From Mizuhopecten yessoensis (lineage: Eukaryota): DNA of 64,000 nt. Under the pieces are notes generated by a model. That model was given only the letters and a program-made list of their open reading frames with translations, did not search any database and was not told where the DNA came from. Of this stretch, positions 23,701 through 38,700 are shown one piece after another; position 1 is the first letter of the stretch, and each line of letters starts with the position of its first letter. Position numbers and translations under genes: made by a program. Where the stretch lies: NCBI RefSeq assembly GCF_002113885.1, contig NW_018404676.1, positions 879,740 to 943,739 of the forward strand. Direction: 5' to 3'.

Positions 23701-26700
23701 CTGTAAGTCTCAAGTTCTGGTCACATTCTTTGTAGAAAATAAAATCAATACCAGTTACATTTTACAATTTGATATAACAACTTGGTATGCATGTAGGTGT
23801 CTATACTATATCTGATCTGTGTTGTTCCCCTAATATCTATGGTGGTTTGTAATCTGTGTTAGATTAATAGAGCACTTTCTGGAATTTTAAATTGCATATT
23901 ATTTTAAAATTTTGTTGATGCATGTTTTTTTTGTATTTTTTTGTATTCCTAACACGACTAGAAAAGCAAATTTAATCTTACAGGCAATTCCTGCCCCGAT
24001 CAACTTTTGATTTAAAGTGATCCCTGGTAGGTCTAGTGTTAAAAGTAAAATATTTCTGTGTAATCTTATATTACAGGTTATATATTCCTATATGACCTAA
24101 ATTACAGGTATCATATTCCTGTATGATCTAAATTGCAGATAATATATTCCTGTACGACCTAAATTACAGGTGAAATATTCCTGTATGATCTAAATTACAG
24201 GTGATATATTTTCCTATATGATCTAAATTACAGGTATTATATTCCTGTATGATCTAAATTACAGGTGAAATATTCCTGTAGTATGATCTAAATTACAGGT
24301 ATTATATTCCTGTATGATCTAAATTACAGGTAATATATTCCTGTATGATCTAAATTACAGGTGAAATATTCCTATATGATTTTAATTACAGGTATTATAT
24401 TCCTGTATGATCTAAATTACAGGTGATATATTCCTGTATGATCTAAATTACCGGTGGTATATTCCTGTATGATCTAAATTACAGGTTATATATTCCTATA
24501 TGATCTATATTACTGGTGATATATTCCTGTATGATCTAAATTACAGGTGAAATATTCATATATGATCTTAATTAAAGGTGAAATATTCCTTTATGATCTG
24601 AATTACAGGTATTATATTCCTGTATGATCTAAATTACAGGTGATATATTCCTGTATGATCTAAATTACCGGTGGTATATTCCTGTATGATATAAATTACC
24701 GGTGGTATATTCCTGTATGATATTAATTACTGGTGATATATTCCTGTATGATCTAAATTACAGGTGATACATTCCTGTATGATATAAATTGCCAGTGATA
24801 TATTCCTGTATGATATAAATTACTGGTGGTATATTCCTGTATGATCTAAATTACCGGTGGCACATTCCTGTATGATCTAAATTACAGGTGAAATATTCCT
24901 TTATGATCTAAATTACAGGTGATATTTTCCTGTATGATCTAAATTACAGGTGATATATTCCTGTATGATATACATTACCGGTGGTAATTATTCCTGTATG
25001 ATATAAATTACCGGTGATATATTCCTGTATGATATAAATTACCGGTGGTATATTCCTGTATGATATACATTACCGGTGGTATATTCCTGTATGATATACA
25101 TTACCGGTGGTATATTCCTGTATGATATACATTACCGGTGGTAATTATTCCTGTATGATATACATTACCGGTGGTAATTATTCCTGTATGATATAAATTA
25201 CAGGTGATATATTCCTGTATGATATAAATTACCGGTGGTATATTCCTGTATGATATACATTACCGGTGGTATATTCCTGTATGATATACATTACATTACC
25301 GGTGGTATATTGCTGTATGATCTATAATTCAGCCACATGCTTGTGTTAACTGTTGTACTAATTTTGGACATTACCTACCATTGTTTGCCCTCTATATAGA
25401 GTATATATGGGTTTATTAGGTTGCCACACGTCTGTTATTGTGTGCATCAATTGTTGTCCATAAACAATTAGAATCTAAACTCAAATATTACTGAACAGAC
25501 TTTATTAAGAATTTATAAGCTTACTCAATTTGAAAGTCATGATGGCTGCCCGAGTGATCATTTCTGAAATCTCATGGTATATTTAAATCAAACTGAAGTT
25601 CTCGGCCAATGTCATTGAAACTTTGCAAAATGGTCCTATTTTGGATCCATCTGAGTTAGATATGGCTGTCATGGTGGCCATTGTTAAATACAGTGTAGTA
25701 GAACCTTACAAATGTATGTAATGGATCTTCGTAGAGAACCTTTTGGCCTGGTCTTAATCAGGTGTTAACTATGTTTTACATTGATTTGCAGTTTTGTTTT
25801 GTTTTCATCTACAAGTACTATACTGCTATATCTAGTAGTACTACTATATATAAACTGTGAAAGTGGAAATGTTCACGGTGTGGGAATGGTCATAACTTTC
25901 ACATTGAGTAAATTAGCATGAAAATATCAAAACATGAAAATTTATAGATTATAGATAAATATAATATGTAGACTTGACAACTGTTGCCAACGAGAAAATA
26001 TTCACACTGTGATTAGTTTAAAGGGTCACAACGAACATTTCTTCACACGAATATTTCCACTTTTACGATAGTTTTATCGTCTGTATACAGTGTTGTATTA
26101 ACCAGGCTAACTACCCTTGTGTTACAGGATGTCCTCTTGTCTGTATTGTTGTGTTTATGGTTTTTATTATTATCCGTGTTTTATTAACACTAACTACCCT
26201 TGTATTACAGGATGCCAATGGTGTAAGCACTTTCTTCGTTTTAACACCCTCTATCTCTCACCTTACACCTCCTCACCATCCTTCAGCCACAGCTGTCCGC
26301 CACCCATTGTAGTCACTGGACAAGGAAATAGTGTTAGACATCAAGCTAATGAGATTGAAAGCTTGACAAAGAATGAACGATTAGATACTGTTGATTTATC
26401 TATTAATGTCACACAAGTTATCTACCCTGTGATGTAGATGGCAAATTATTCTGATGGCTTACATTATTTGCATGAATACATTTCTGAAAATACTTGATGA
26501 TATTCTTAGTTCTTACCAGTTGTTTCATGTAAAGTTATGTGTAGATCATATATTTAGTTTGTCTTACTGATCATTCTGTAAGTGATTCCATCCTATTTGA
26601 CGTGGTGTCGGAGTGATAACGTCACAAGCAATGTAGGTTCATGTCATTGACTGTGAATTCTCCTTACTTAGGTAGTGTAATATGGAATAATTGCTGTTGG

Positions 26701-29700
26701 AAAGTATCAGTGAAGTTTTAAAAAGATAAGGAGCTATTTAATATTTCAGGAACTATTAAGACCAAAACAAATTCTGGATGGCTCCAATCTATCTATCACA
26801 GTGCATGGCGTGTAATTGACCCACGTATGAACTCTTTTCTCCTGTTGTTTACGTTGCTTTACCTGTTTCCTTGGTTACAATCCCTTGTTTCTATATATAG
26901 TTTGTGTACCTTTTCTTCAATGTTAAATGTGTATTTGATATATATCCCATACATTCATATCACAATGATCCAGGGTCTGCTGTGTTAGCAACAATACTCC
27001 TTAACAGATTTTGTTTGTTGGTATGACCAGCAAATACTTGTGGTTAGTTAGTGTATATATTTATGTTACTACAGGAGTGTATATATTTATGTTTCTACAG
27101 GAGTATAGATTTATGATACAACAGGAGAGTATAGATTTATGTTACTACAGGAGTGTATAGATTTATGATACAGCAGGAGTGTATAGATTTATGTTACTAC
27201 TTGAGTATAGATTTATGATACAACAGGAGAGTATAGATTTATGTTACTACAGGAGAGTATAGATTTATGTTACTACAGGAGTGTATAGATTTATGTTATG
27301 ACAGGAGTGTATAGATTTATGTTACTACTTGAGTATAGATTTATGATACAACAGGAGAGTATAGATTTATGATACAACAGGAGTGTATAGATTTATGTTA
27401 CTACAGGAGTGTATAGATTTATGTTATGACAGGAGTGTATAGAATTATATTACTACAAGAGTGTATAGATTTATGTTTTTACAGGAGTGTATAGATTTAT
27501 GTAACTACAGGAGTGTATAGATTTATGTTACTACAAGAGTGTATAGATTTATGTAACTACAGGAGTGTTGCCTGCATTCTTTGTTGTTATTTTTGTGCTT
27601 GAATATTTAGTTTGTAGTTGTGTGAGAATTTATTTGCATCTGAAAAAATGAAGTCACATTATTATATAAATCACAACTTGTTAGAGCCGAGTTAACTATC
27701 ATGGTTGTGTTCATTATGCACTATTTCTGTCAATTTACCTGCAGTTAATATTTTTATTGGGTTTGGGAAATGTTCTGCTACCATGCATAAATCTATTCTT
27801 TTAAGTTGGGAAGGGTAAAATTTACCTGTGTATTTGTTGTTTAAAAAGGGGTAAGCATCGCTATTGTTACCTGTCTGGGTACGGAAGTGTTGTCATTTTT
27901 TGTCACCTTTGATCATTGCTTGAACAAGTTTGAGGCTGTTTTTAGAAGACCAATATGTTTTGTAATATAATAAGCCCATGGTTTCTTGCAGACACAAGCA
28001 TTAGCACATTTATCACTTATTTTTCCTACATTAGAATGAATGTTTCCTTGTACGTCATTGGCAGGTAACAATCAAAACGACTATATTTGACATAGTAAGG
28101 GCGTCCCTAGGGATTGAAAAATTATAATTCTGAAATTTTCCATTCTGGATTTTATGATTTTTGGAATTCCAGTTTGGTTGTTAATTATATTTATACTTCT
28201 GCATGAAGTGAACTGCTGCAGTGCAAAAATTAAACACACGCCTAACTCATCATTTACTTCTGTCTGGCACTCTCATTTAAAGCCATATTGGTAAATCTGG
28301 AGATTCACAAGGTTATCATTGTAGTCCAGTCGCCTTTCCTTATGTGTAGCAGAAACAGTGACAGATGATGTATTGGTTACAAGTTACAATTCCTGATGGC
28401 ACAGTAACACATTTCACATGAAGTTATATATATGAGGTTCGAGAGTAAACAGGATATTTTATTTAGTCAAGTACAGAATGATATAATAGATCAGATAATA
28501 CACAGTTGTGTTCCCTTGTCTAATTTGTCGCCTACTGTTCCTGACAGGGTATTACAGTGGATGACAGTCGTATCAAGGCCATCAACGATCTGGCCGCCAA
28601 GCTAATCTCACAGGGACGAACAGACACAGTGGCCGTGAAACAGAGGCGTGACGAGATGAACCAGAAGTAAGTAAAGTTACATACAGCACAACCTAATGGC
28701 TGGTTTGTATGCCCCCAACCATTTTATAGGGGCCACATCAATTCTGACCTATGTCCGGACATTCAGTCCTTTTGCAGTTCATTGTCATGACTCTCCCTTC
28801 TTCATTTCTAAATAAATCTTAATTAAAAGCTTTTACAAAGGTCACGTATGAGAATACCTTAGATGAGTTTGTATTTCAGCATCTCAAGGTCAAGTCTGAG
28901 GTCAGTGCTATATTTAGATCAACCACTGAGCTGAGGGAGCATTCATGTCCTACCTCACATGTCATTGGTTTAATTGTAACACCATGGTTACATATGATAT
29001 CAGTGGTTGGATGTACCACAATGTATTTTTAGGAAGAAGAGCTATAAATTATTGGAATCGGCTTTATATTTGTTTGAAAGTATGGAAATCACACCGTGTA
29101 TTTGGCCGAGATTTGACATCATCCAATAATGTATGTTGCTAGATGGAAAGGTATCCAAGGAGACCTTAACAACTACAAACAGAAAATGGCGGCTGCATTA
29201 GAGATCCACGCCTTTAACCGTGACGTAGACGACATCAACGATCGTATCAACGAGAAGGCTGTGCTGCTGTCCAGTGAAGACATGGGCAAGGACTTGAACG
29301 CTGTGGAGGCCCTACAGAGGAAACAGGAGGCGATGGAACGTGACATGACCGCACTACAGACCCAGCTTGAGGTTCATATACAAATACCATATATATTGGT
29401 GATAATAAACATGGGTGTTAACTCTAAACAATAAAAAAATAAATAAAGGTTGGGCATCTTAACTTGGGAATGTTGAAGAGAGTGCTTTTGTAATCTTGAG
29501 GTGGTTACATTGGATGATAAATCAAGTGGTGTTCAAAGAAAATCATTTTTGAATTTAAATGTTGCCAATCATTAGATGTTCAACAGTTCTTTTGAAATGA
29601 TGAGACTTAATTTGCTATGTTTGATTTCGTAAACAGAGAATTGAGCTGCAGTGTCGTCAGCTGTGTACAAAGTATCCCGACATGGCAGATTCAATACTGC

Positions 29701-32700
29701 TGAAACAAAAGGAGGCTCAGGACAACTGGGAGAAACTTGAGGACCTCTCTGACCTCAGGTACGCACCATTGACTGGTGGCAGGGTCACTGATAACTATAG
29801 ACATGGAATAATCCCAGGCTCATAGCAGTCTGTGTTTGTGGAGCTATATTGAAAATCAATTGTCTAGGTCACCGTTAAATTAAATTATGGCATATATGAA
29901 TTTGAATATTATCAAGGAAGAACATTTTGCTGATTATACTTTAACGAATCACCTGTTCACATTTTGTTAATTTTACAAAATTTTGTTTTAAACTGTTCCT
30001 TGATTTGCTTTCAGGAAATCGAGGCTGGTAGAGTCCTACAAACTTCAGAAGTTCCTTGCTGATGCAAGGGAACTGGTAAGTTGACTTTGTTATTTAACAC
30101 TCATAGTGGTTTGTCATACATATATGTCTCTCAGTATACAGAATGAATTTCTGTCTTTTCTTTTTGATTTTATAATATTCTTTTGAAGTAAATCTTGTTT
30201 TCTGTTTATTCATGTACATGTGATAACCTTAAGAACAGCACAGTCTAGCATGACTTTCAAATTCTGACCAGTCTATTACCGCCCCGGTAAAGACAATGTT
30301 AAAGTTAATATGTACTTATTTTTGTCAAAAATTAATAAATAACAATTATTTTTTAATATTTCTGGTATAAAAAATATGGGCGTATACAATGTATTTGACC
30401 TTGTCACCATGACCTTTACAGATTACCTGGTCAGGTGACATGACAACTAGGATGAATGCTGCTGATCTGGCTAAGGACGTTCCCGAGGCAGAAAGCCTGC
30501 TACAAATGCATCATGAACGCAAGGTAGGCAATGTACATGATTTCAATGAAAACATTTTCTAAGGAATGTTATGCTAATTTTATGAAAAAAACTTGTACTT
30601 GCTTTATTTATTGACACATGAAAAAACAGAATGTTAATGTGTATATAAATTAGTTTATTTATAGAGAAGCACTCCTAATATAAAAATAAATCTAATATTT
30701 GTGTCCTACTAAAATGTTTGTATATTGTTGCCCAGGCGGAGATTGATGGTCGTAAGCCCCACTTTGCAGCTGTGAGAGAGTATGGTATCAAGCTAATTGA
30801 TAACAAGCATTCTGCTGCAGAGGAAATACAGAAGACCATCGGTCAACTTGACCATACCAAGCTGTCACTGAATGGAGCCTGGGACAAGCGTAATGTGGTC
30901 CTTACTCAGTGTCACGATCTCCAGGTAAGGTCAAAGGTCATACAGACTGCTAAGTCCTACACACGAGAAGCTAAATAGAAGTTGGGCATACCAGTGATCT
31001 GGTCCCCAAATATCAATTAATGTAGCAATAAGAATTGTATAACATGTCTTGTTGTTTAGGACTAGATAGGGGACTTTCAGAGGTTGACGGGAATGGTTTG
31101 ATAAAAGAATAATTCCATTATCAGTTAAAACATGTTGTCATGCCATGTTTTGTGGATATGGATTATGTGAGATGCATGGCTTTGTAATTACATCAAACCG
31201 TAATGGACTACTTACATGGGAAATGATCGGATTATGACCGAGACACCGTTCATTTGAGGGGGAAATCCTGTTCTAACTTATAAATAAAACATTCACCTAT
31301 TAAGACCAGAAAAAGTATTTTGTTTCCAATTCAGGTAGATAGGCAGGACAACTATTTGCAAAATAATTGTACAAAAGTTGAGGTATAAAGATGTAGCACG
31401 ACTGATTTTAACTGTGCATGTTTAAAAAAAGGTTTGATTGATGAGGTTCTAAAAACTAGCGTAGGTAGGGAAAATTGGATAGGAAATGTTGAGGACTGAA
31501 TGTTGATGTTATATAACCACTGCCTCAAACTAACCGTGCAATTTGCTGGTTTTACAGGTTTTCAACGATACAGCGGAACAAACAGAATCCTGGATAAATA
31601 CCAAGGAGGCGTTCCTGTCCAATGATGATCTAGGGGTAAGATTAAGTGGGACATTGGGTGTATCTACAGATAGGTGTAGTCTGATTCTATGTATCAATAT
31701 AGGTGAAAAATAGCTTAATACATGTGATGAAATCGTGTTCTGTAGAGCAGTGCTGTATTAACAAGAGACAAATATACCTCGGGTCACTGTGTTTTGTGCT
31801 ACGTTCCTGTTAAATCCTTAAATTGTTCTTTTAGGTTGTTACATTCAAAAATCAGTTGGGTGTTCGTCGCATATATTGAAAGTCCAGCCAACACCCAATA
31901 AAAGGATCCTACCTAATATTGGAACGGCGTTGGCTCGACTTCTCCCCCTTTCTGTTTTGAAAGTAACATCATATAAAAATGTGTAAGGGTTTCGCTGGAC
32001 TGATTTATCTTTGTATATATTAATATTAAGAATGACCTATTTGTGGTTACAGAATACACTGTACAGCGTTGAGGCGTTGATTAAGAAACATGATGGGTTT
32101 GAGAAGGCGACACAAGCCCAACAGGACAGACTGGAGGACCTGAAACAGTTCGCACAGAACCTGAATGAGCAGAACCACTACGCCACTCATGAGATTGTTG
32201 ACCGCTGTCAAGCTGCTGTGGAGCGCACCAGACGATTTATGGAACACTCGACTGCCAGGAGGCAGAAACTGGAGGATTCCAAGAACTACCAGCTCTTCCT
32301 CAGGAACCTGTATGAAGTAAGCTATCTATGCCTGATCTAATAGTACAGCTATGGGAATGGCTGTGATATAACACGAAACACACTACAAATTAGATTGACA
32401 CACCCTTATGATACAATTTTTATTAACCCTTTCAACACTGTAGACCATAATGGACTCATCCATATCAATGCGTGGTAGAGTCTACTGAAGTTACATAGGG
32501 GTAAAGGGTTAATGACAAAATATTGTCACACCACCACCATTTGTTGGGTAAAATGGTGGTGTTTATAATATCAGGATTTTGGCACTTTATCTAGGGCGAC
32601 ATTTAAGGAAATTGCTCAGAATTTGGCAGTAAGCAAGAAAAACAAATGAAGAATAGGGATTTGATATTGAGGTTTTACTGTATAAATGAGGGCCAAGTAG

Positions 32701-35700
32701 TAAGTGGAAGACTTGATTAAAATATAATTAATACCAACAGTTGCTAAAACCTCAAACAGTGTTTGTGATTTCTGTACATCTATCCATCCCAAAATAAACA
32801 AGATGTGACAACTTGTTTAAAAGGCTGCATTGCGTTTGTACTTTAGGTGTCTAACTGGATTAATGAGAAGCTTCAGGTGGCCCTGGATGAGTCCTACAGA
32901 GACCCTACTAACCTACAAGCCAAGCTCCAAAAGCACCAGGCATTTGAGGCGGAGGTGACGGCCAACAGGAACAGAGTGGACGCTGTGGTGGAGGTATGAG
33001 ATACACATGACATATCACTAGTAATTTGGGGTTTGAGTTTGAAGCAATAGTGAAAACCATTTACCTGATTGCATTGTTATAATCATGTTTGTTCAGAAGG
33101 CAATGCTGTTATTTGAATAACAATAGCTGACATTGACCCTCTATTAGTGTACCTGTGGTGTGATATGACAATAATCGTGATTTGTTTCTGGTTTCCATTA
33201 ATGAACAGGGCAGTTATCGCTGTGATCTTTTCATGACAAGGGTTTTGCACCAATTAAAAAATCCCAAGAGTGAAATTTCCCTATCCTACACCCCTTGGTG
33301 TGAAGGAATAATTTTCTCTAGCTCTGATTAGCAGAACTAGTGAAGAAACCACAAAAATATGTCGCATTTTCTACACTGCATCATCAGAACATTTCCGATT
33401 TCCTAATGTCAAGTCTTTGTTGTTCCACTATGACATCACGCGCACATGAAATGGGATGGAAGATGTTTTACACCCCTTTCTTACCCTGGACAGTTCTGTC
33501 GTATTCACACAGGAATGAGATAAAATGATTTCTAATAGCACCCACTGTAATGGATAGATCTCTAATGTCATTGGTAAAATGTAATCAAACATTGTCAACA
33601 GGAGGGCAATGGGCTGGCGAAACAGGACCATTACGCCAAGACAGACATAGAAAAGAGACTGAATGAACTGGAGTTGAGTTGGGAAGCTCTCATGGCTGCT
33701 AGTGCTGAAAAGAAAGACAGACTCCAGGATGCTTACCAGGTATATCAACTGAGCAAGATTGTTACAATAGATAGTATACACTTTCTTTATTTTACAACTT
33801 TGAAACAACTTATATTAATTACTCTTGTTGGCCTATGTGTTTCTCTACACAAGTACAAGTAACAAGACCGAAGATAATGCAATCTAACATTAACAAACAC
33901 TTCTTTTGAAATTGGTTGATCAATTTACTGTGAAAAATGCTGTTTAAGTACTCCTATCAGCATATTCCTATTTTGTTAAGTATTTTAGGGCACATTCACT
34001 ATTTTAGCAGTCACATGGCAGGGTGGGTTCGGTTATTGCAGACAAACATCACCACAAACATAACGTTCCATTTTATTTTGGAATTGATTTTAAAAAAAAC
34101 ATTTTTTTCATTATGATGTTGTAGGCATTGATGTTTAATCGTGTTGTGGACGACCTAATGGCCTGGATGGAGGATGTGGAATCGCAGCTCATGTCGGAGG
34201 ACCACGGCAAGGACCTCACTTCTGTCCACAACCTCCTCAAGAAACACCAGGTCAGTCAGTGATGGCCTTTTGTCACGTGTCATTACTTATAAGAGGGATT
34301 ATCTCATTGGTCCATAACTATGTTATCTTGTTAAAACTGTTTTGAATTGAAGTTTCATTAATGTTATTGATTTGTGTATAAAAAAAATCAGCTTTTACTT
34401 TACACTTGTACAGCTTGACACTAGAGTAAAACCTTGTTATATTACCCACATTTGTCCAGAGAAATTTTGACATTATATAAGAGTTTGGAAGTAAACTGAT
34501 GGAAAATTAGAAAGGAATTCTTAAGAAAAAAGATACCTTGAAATATGTTGGCAGTAAGCAAAATGACAAAGAAGCATTATATCAAGGGTTTAATGTATTT
34601 TGCTGGACCTCAGATCTGATGTCAACTTTACCGGTTCTCATGTTATGTGATAACTTCCTGGTGTCAGTATAAAACTCCTGGTATAACAGGCCCAACATTG
34701 GACCTTTGATATGCTTTGGTTTAGTACACACCTATAAGTTGTGTGATCAGATCTGTTCCTACTTCCTAGATAACAGTAGTATATCAGGCTATGATTGATT
34801 GTTGTTACAGATGCTAGAACAGGACATCCAGATTCACAAAGAGAAAGTGACCGACATCCAAGACGCTGCTCAGGTGTTCAAGGAAGCTAAACACTTCATG
34901 AACAAGGACCTGCAGGCCAGGGCCAAAGAAACTACTGACAGGTATGTGTGTCACTGTCTGGCCGTGTTGTAGGCATAGGAAAGATCTACCCATTAATGGA
35001 GGAAGTGATGTCATTCTTTCATTTCACACCTGGTAGCTTTTGTTTGATTGTCATTATATGCTTATCATATCCCCTGAGCTTCGTTATAAACATGATTTGC
35101 CAAACATTTATTTCTAAAGGCAGAACTATTCATAATCCATACTTACCAACCTAAAGAAAAGGTTTGTTTAATATGAACAATGTTACACTCTGTACTATAC
35201 TGTAATTGTGAGTTTATGTTACAATGATTTTTGACAGGTATAAGTCCCTAACGGAGCCGTGCACCATCAGGCGTGACAACCTGGAGGAGGCACTATTGAT
35301 GTACCAGTTCTACCGCGACGTTGAGGACGAGATGTCATGGATACAGGACAAGAAACCAGTCGCCTCGTCCACTGACCTTGGGGCCTCGTACCCAGCTGTC
35401 CAAAACCTTATGAAGAAACACCAGGTGAGTATCAGTCTAAAATAAGGGATCGCTTTCTGTAAAGTCAAACATGGATATGAACAATTAACATTTTAATTGA
35501 TTGCACAGGAATTATAAAATATAAAAGATTACATAGGAATCACAGTTTGGATACAGACCAAATTCATTATTTCAGGCGTTAGAGGCAGAGATTATTGCGC
35601 ACGAGCCACTGATTGATGATGTGGCTAGTAATGCCCAGCGGATGATTCAGTCCAAACATTTCGCCAGTCAGGACATTGAGATTCGACTGGACGAACTTCA

Positions 35701-38700
35701 TCGTGACCTTCAACAGCTTAAGGAACAGACATCTGTGCGCAAGGTCGCCCTACAAGACTCCCTTGAATCTCAAAAGGTAGGGTTTTAGTCAGTTAATTTA
35801 TTGATTCAGATTGTGCTCATTCCAATATCTTAAAAGAAGGCAGAAAAAATCCAAACCCAAATGTGGTTCTTGTGAATGTTATGATGAATTTTTGTGTTTT
35901 ATTATTAAGATTTTTTTATACTCTGCCTTTATTGGTGATGATTTGTTCATACTTGAAGTACAAACAATATGGAAGAAAATGTCCCTATTCTTGATGAGTT
36001 TTTGATAATGTTTGTGTGACAGTTCTATGCCGAGATAGCCGAGGCTAACAGCTGGATGGACGAGAAGATCCCTGTCCTCAGCAGTCCGGACTACGGCAAG
36101 GATGAGGATACTGTACTGGTAAGTAATTACCACAATCCAAAACTATGACAAACATTTAAATGGTCAAATGAGACTTGCCTGTCGAACCATTTCGTTCCAG
36201 CAGAACGACATATTGCAGCTGGTTCATAATGGCACTACTGTAATGTTCCGCTAAAATTGGAATGCTCGTTCACTATCAGTGACTGATAAACTGCTTTGTT
36301 TTAATATGAAACACGACAGTTTAATAAATTTCATACAACAAAGTAAAATATCTTTTCATCTACCGATACATGTACAGGTCGATAGCATATACAGATGATG
36401 AAACATAAGCGATGTCATAAACCAAAGAATGATGTATTATTAACTAGATGGCCACACTTTTGAGTAATGAATCAATGTTAATTGCACTTAATAAATCCTA
36501 TCTCTACACTAGGCCTACACAAAGAAGTTAGATGCTTTGGAGAGAGACATTGATAACTTCAGCAACAACATCGGAGAACTGGCCGCTCTGAGTCGTACTT
36601 TGGTGGACAAGGGTCACTATGACAGTGAAAATGTGAAGAAACAACAGGTATGGATCACATGATTAGTTTGGCTATACAGGTAGGACCTTTACTTACAGTG
36701 AAAGTATGGACAGCTTCACAGTCTTACTTATACATTTCATAGAAACAAAAATGTTCTGAAAAGCAGATTGTTGTAAAAAGTATGTAAAACACTCTTCCAA
36801 TAAGAAGTGGTAATGCATTCAAGAAAAGTGACTGTTAACAATAGGGTTGTTTTAGATGACCACTGGCCTCTAGCTAATTATAGGGTTGTTTTAGATGACC
36901 ACTGGCCTCTAGCTTCTCGGCCCACAAAGACAGATTTTCACCTGCCCTTCGACATACCGGTCCAACTTAGGAACTACACTTAGCTGCCTCCAAAATATTG
37001 TCCATATCTGTGTAATATTTGTTTAGAACCTGGCCTCTTCCGTATCTTTTTACATATGATCTTCTCCCCTGATGTAATATTTGTTTAGAACCTGGCCTCT
37101 TCCGTATCTTTTTACACATGATTGTCTCCCCTGATGTAATATTTGTTTAGAACCTGGCCACTTCCATGTTAAGTAAAAGTTGACCTCCAAGTTTTTATAA
37201 CACATGGACAGCTGAACAAGTCCATTTTGCAAGCAAAGAGAGTCATATACAGCTCATAGGCACACCTATATGTTTTTTCAAATGTAATGAACTATTTTGA
37301 TTTGTGCATTGTCTGTTGTGTAAATGATAATTGCTTGTGTTCTGTAGGCATCTGTGGAGAGTAAGCATAGCCATCTTCAGGATCTGTCCAGCCAGCGCCG
37401 CATCAGACTGACCGATACCAGGAAACTGTATGAATTTTACCGTGAGGCAGAGGAGGTGTCCGTCTGGATCTCGGAACGTGTGGTAATAGCTGCCTCTGAG
37501 GACTACGGACAAGATCTGGAGCATGTGGAGGTTAGTATATCAATTTAGTAGAATTAACAGAGGTATTCATCTCTGAGATCTATGCTCGTTAGTCAGGTGT
37601 TGCTAGTTGTAAATTCTCCAGGTGTGGTTACATTTACAATACTCAAGGTCATTGTTCTTAAAACTAGGTCACTTGCTACCTTTAATGCCCTATCATGAAA
37701 TGGTGCAGAGTATTTAGTGTTACCCTTGCCTGTACTGATACTTCCAGTCAGTTAAAAGTTTTTTAAAGATAAAGTTACCTATGGACTAAGTATGAACTGC
37801 AGCAAGGTTCACACAAATTCTCATCCATATATATATATAAAGGTGCTTTGATGATTAGAACATCTTGCATGATTTTATGAAACCTTGACCTTTGTCCCAG
37901 GTCTCTGTGACCTTTCTTTAGTTTCTAATTATATAAGTGTGGGAGCAAGGAATCTGTGCCCTACAGACACATTTCTAGTCTCTATTTGTTTGGAAGAAAT
38001 AAGTCCATTAGAAACCTGAGAGAGAGAGAAGTTCTATGATTATGATATCTTTGAATCATGTTGAACATTTCAAGTGCAATTTTAGACTTGACTTGAATAT
38101 CTCTCATCCTACAGATGCTGCAGCAGAAGTTTGAGGACTTTATCCATGACCTCAACTCGAGTGAAGATCGGATCACTAAGGTTGAAACTATGGGAACCAC
38201 CATGGTTGAAGCTCAACATTTTGAGTCGGAGAAGATCAAGATGAGATTAGAAGAGATTAATCAGATGTGGCTAGAATTGAAAGATGTTACCAAAGCTCGA
38301 CAGGATGTAAGTATCTAATCTGATCCCCGAGATACAAAACCTACCCTATACTGTAGTACTTCTGGCTATAACCTGACCCCCGACATACAAGATCTACCCT
38401 ATACTATAGTACTTCTGGCTATAACCTGATCCCCGACATACAAAACCTACCCTATGCTGTAGTATGTCTGACTATAACCTGATCCCCGAGATCCAAAACC
38501 TACCCTATACTGTAGTACTTCTGGCGATAACCTTATCCCCGACATACAAAACCTACCCTATGCTGTAGTATGTCTGACTATAACCTGATCCGCGAGATAC
38601 AAAACCTACCCTATACTGTAGAACTTCTGGCTATAACCTGATCCCCGCCATACAAAACCTCCCCTATACTTTAGTACTTCTGGCTATAACCTGATCCCCG

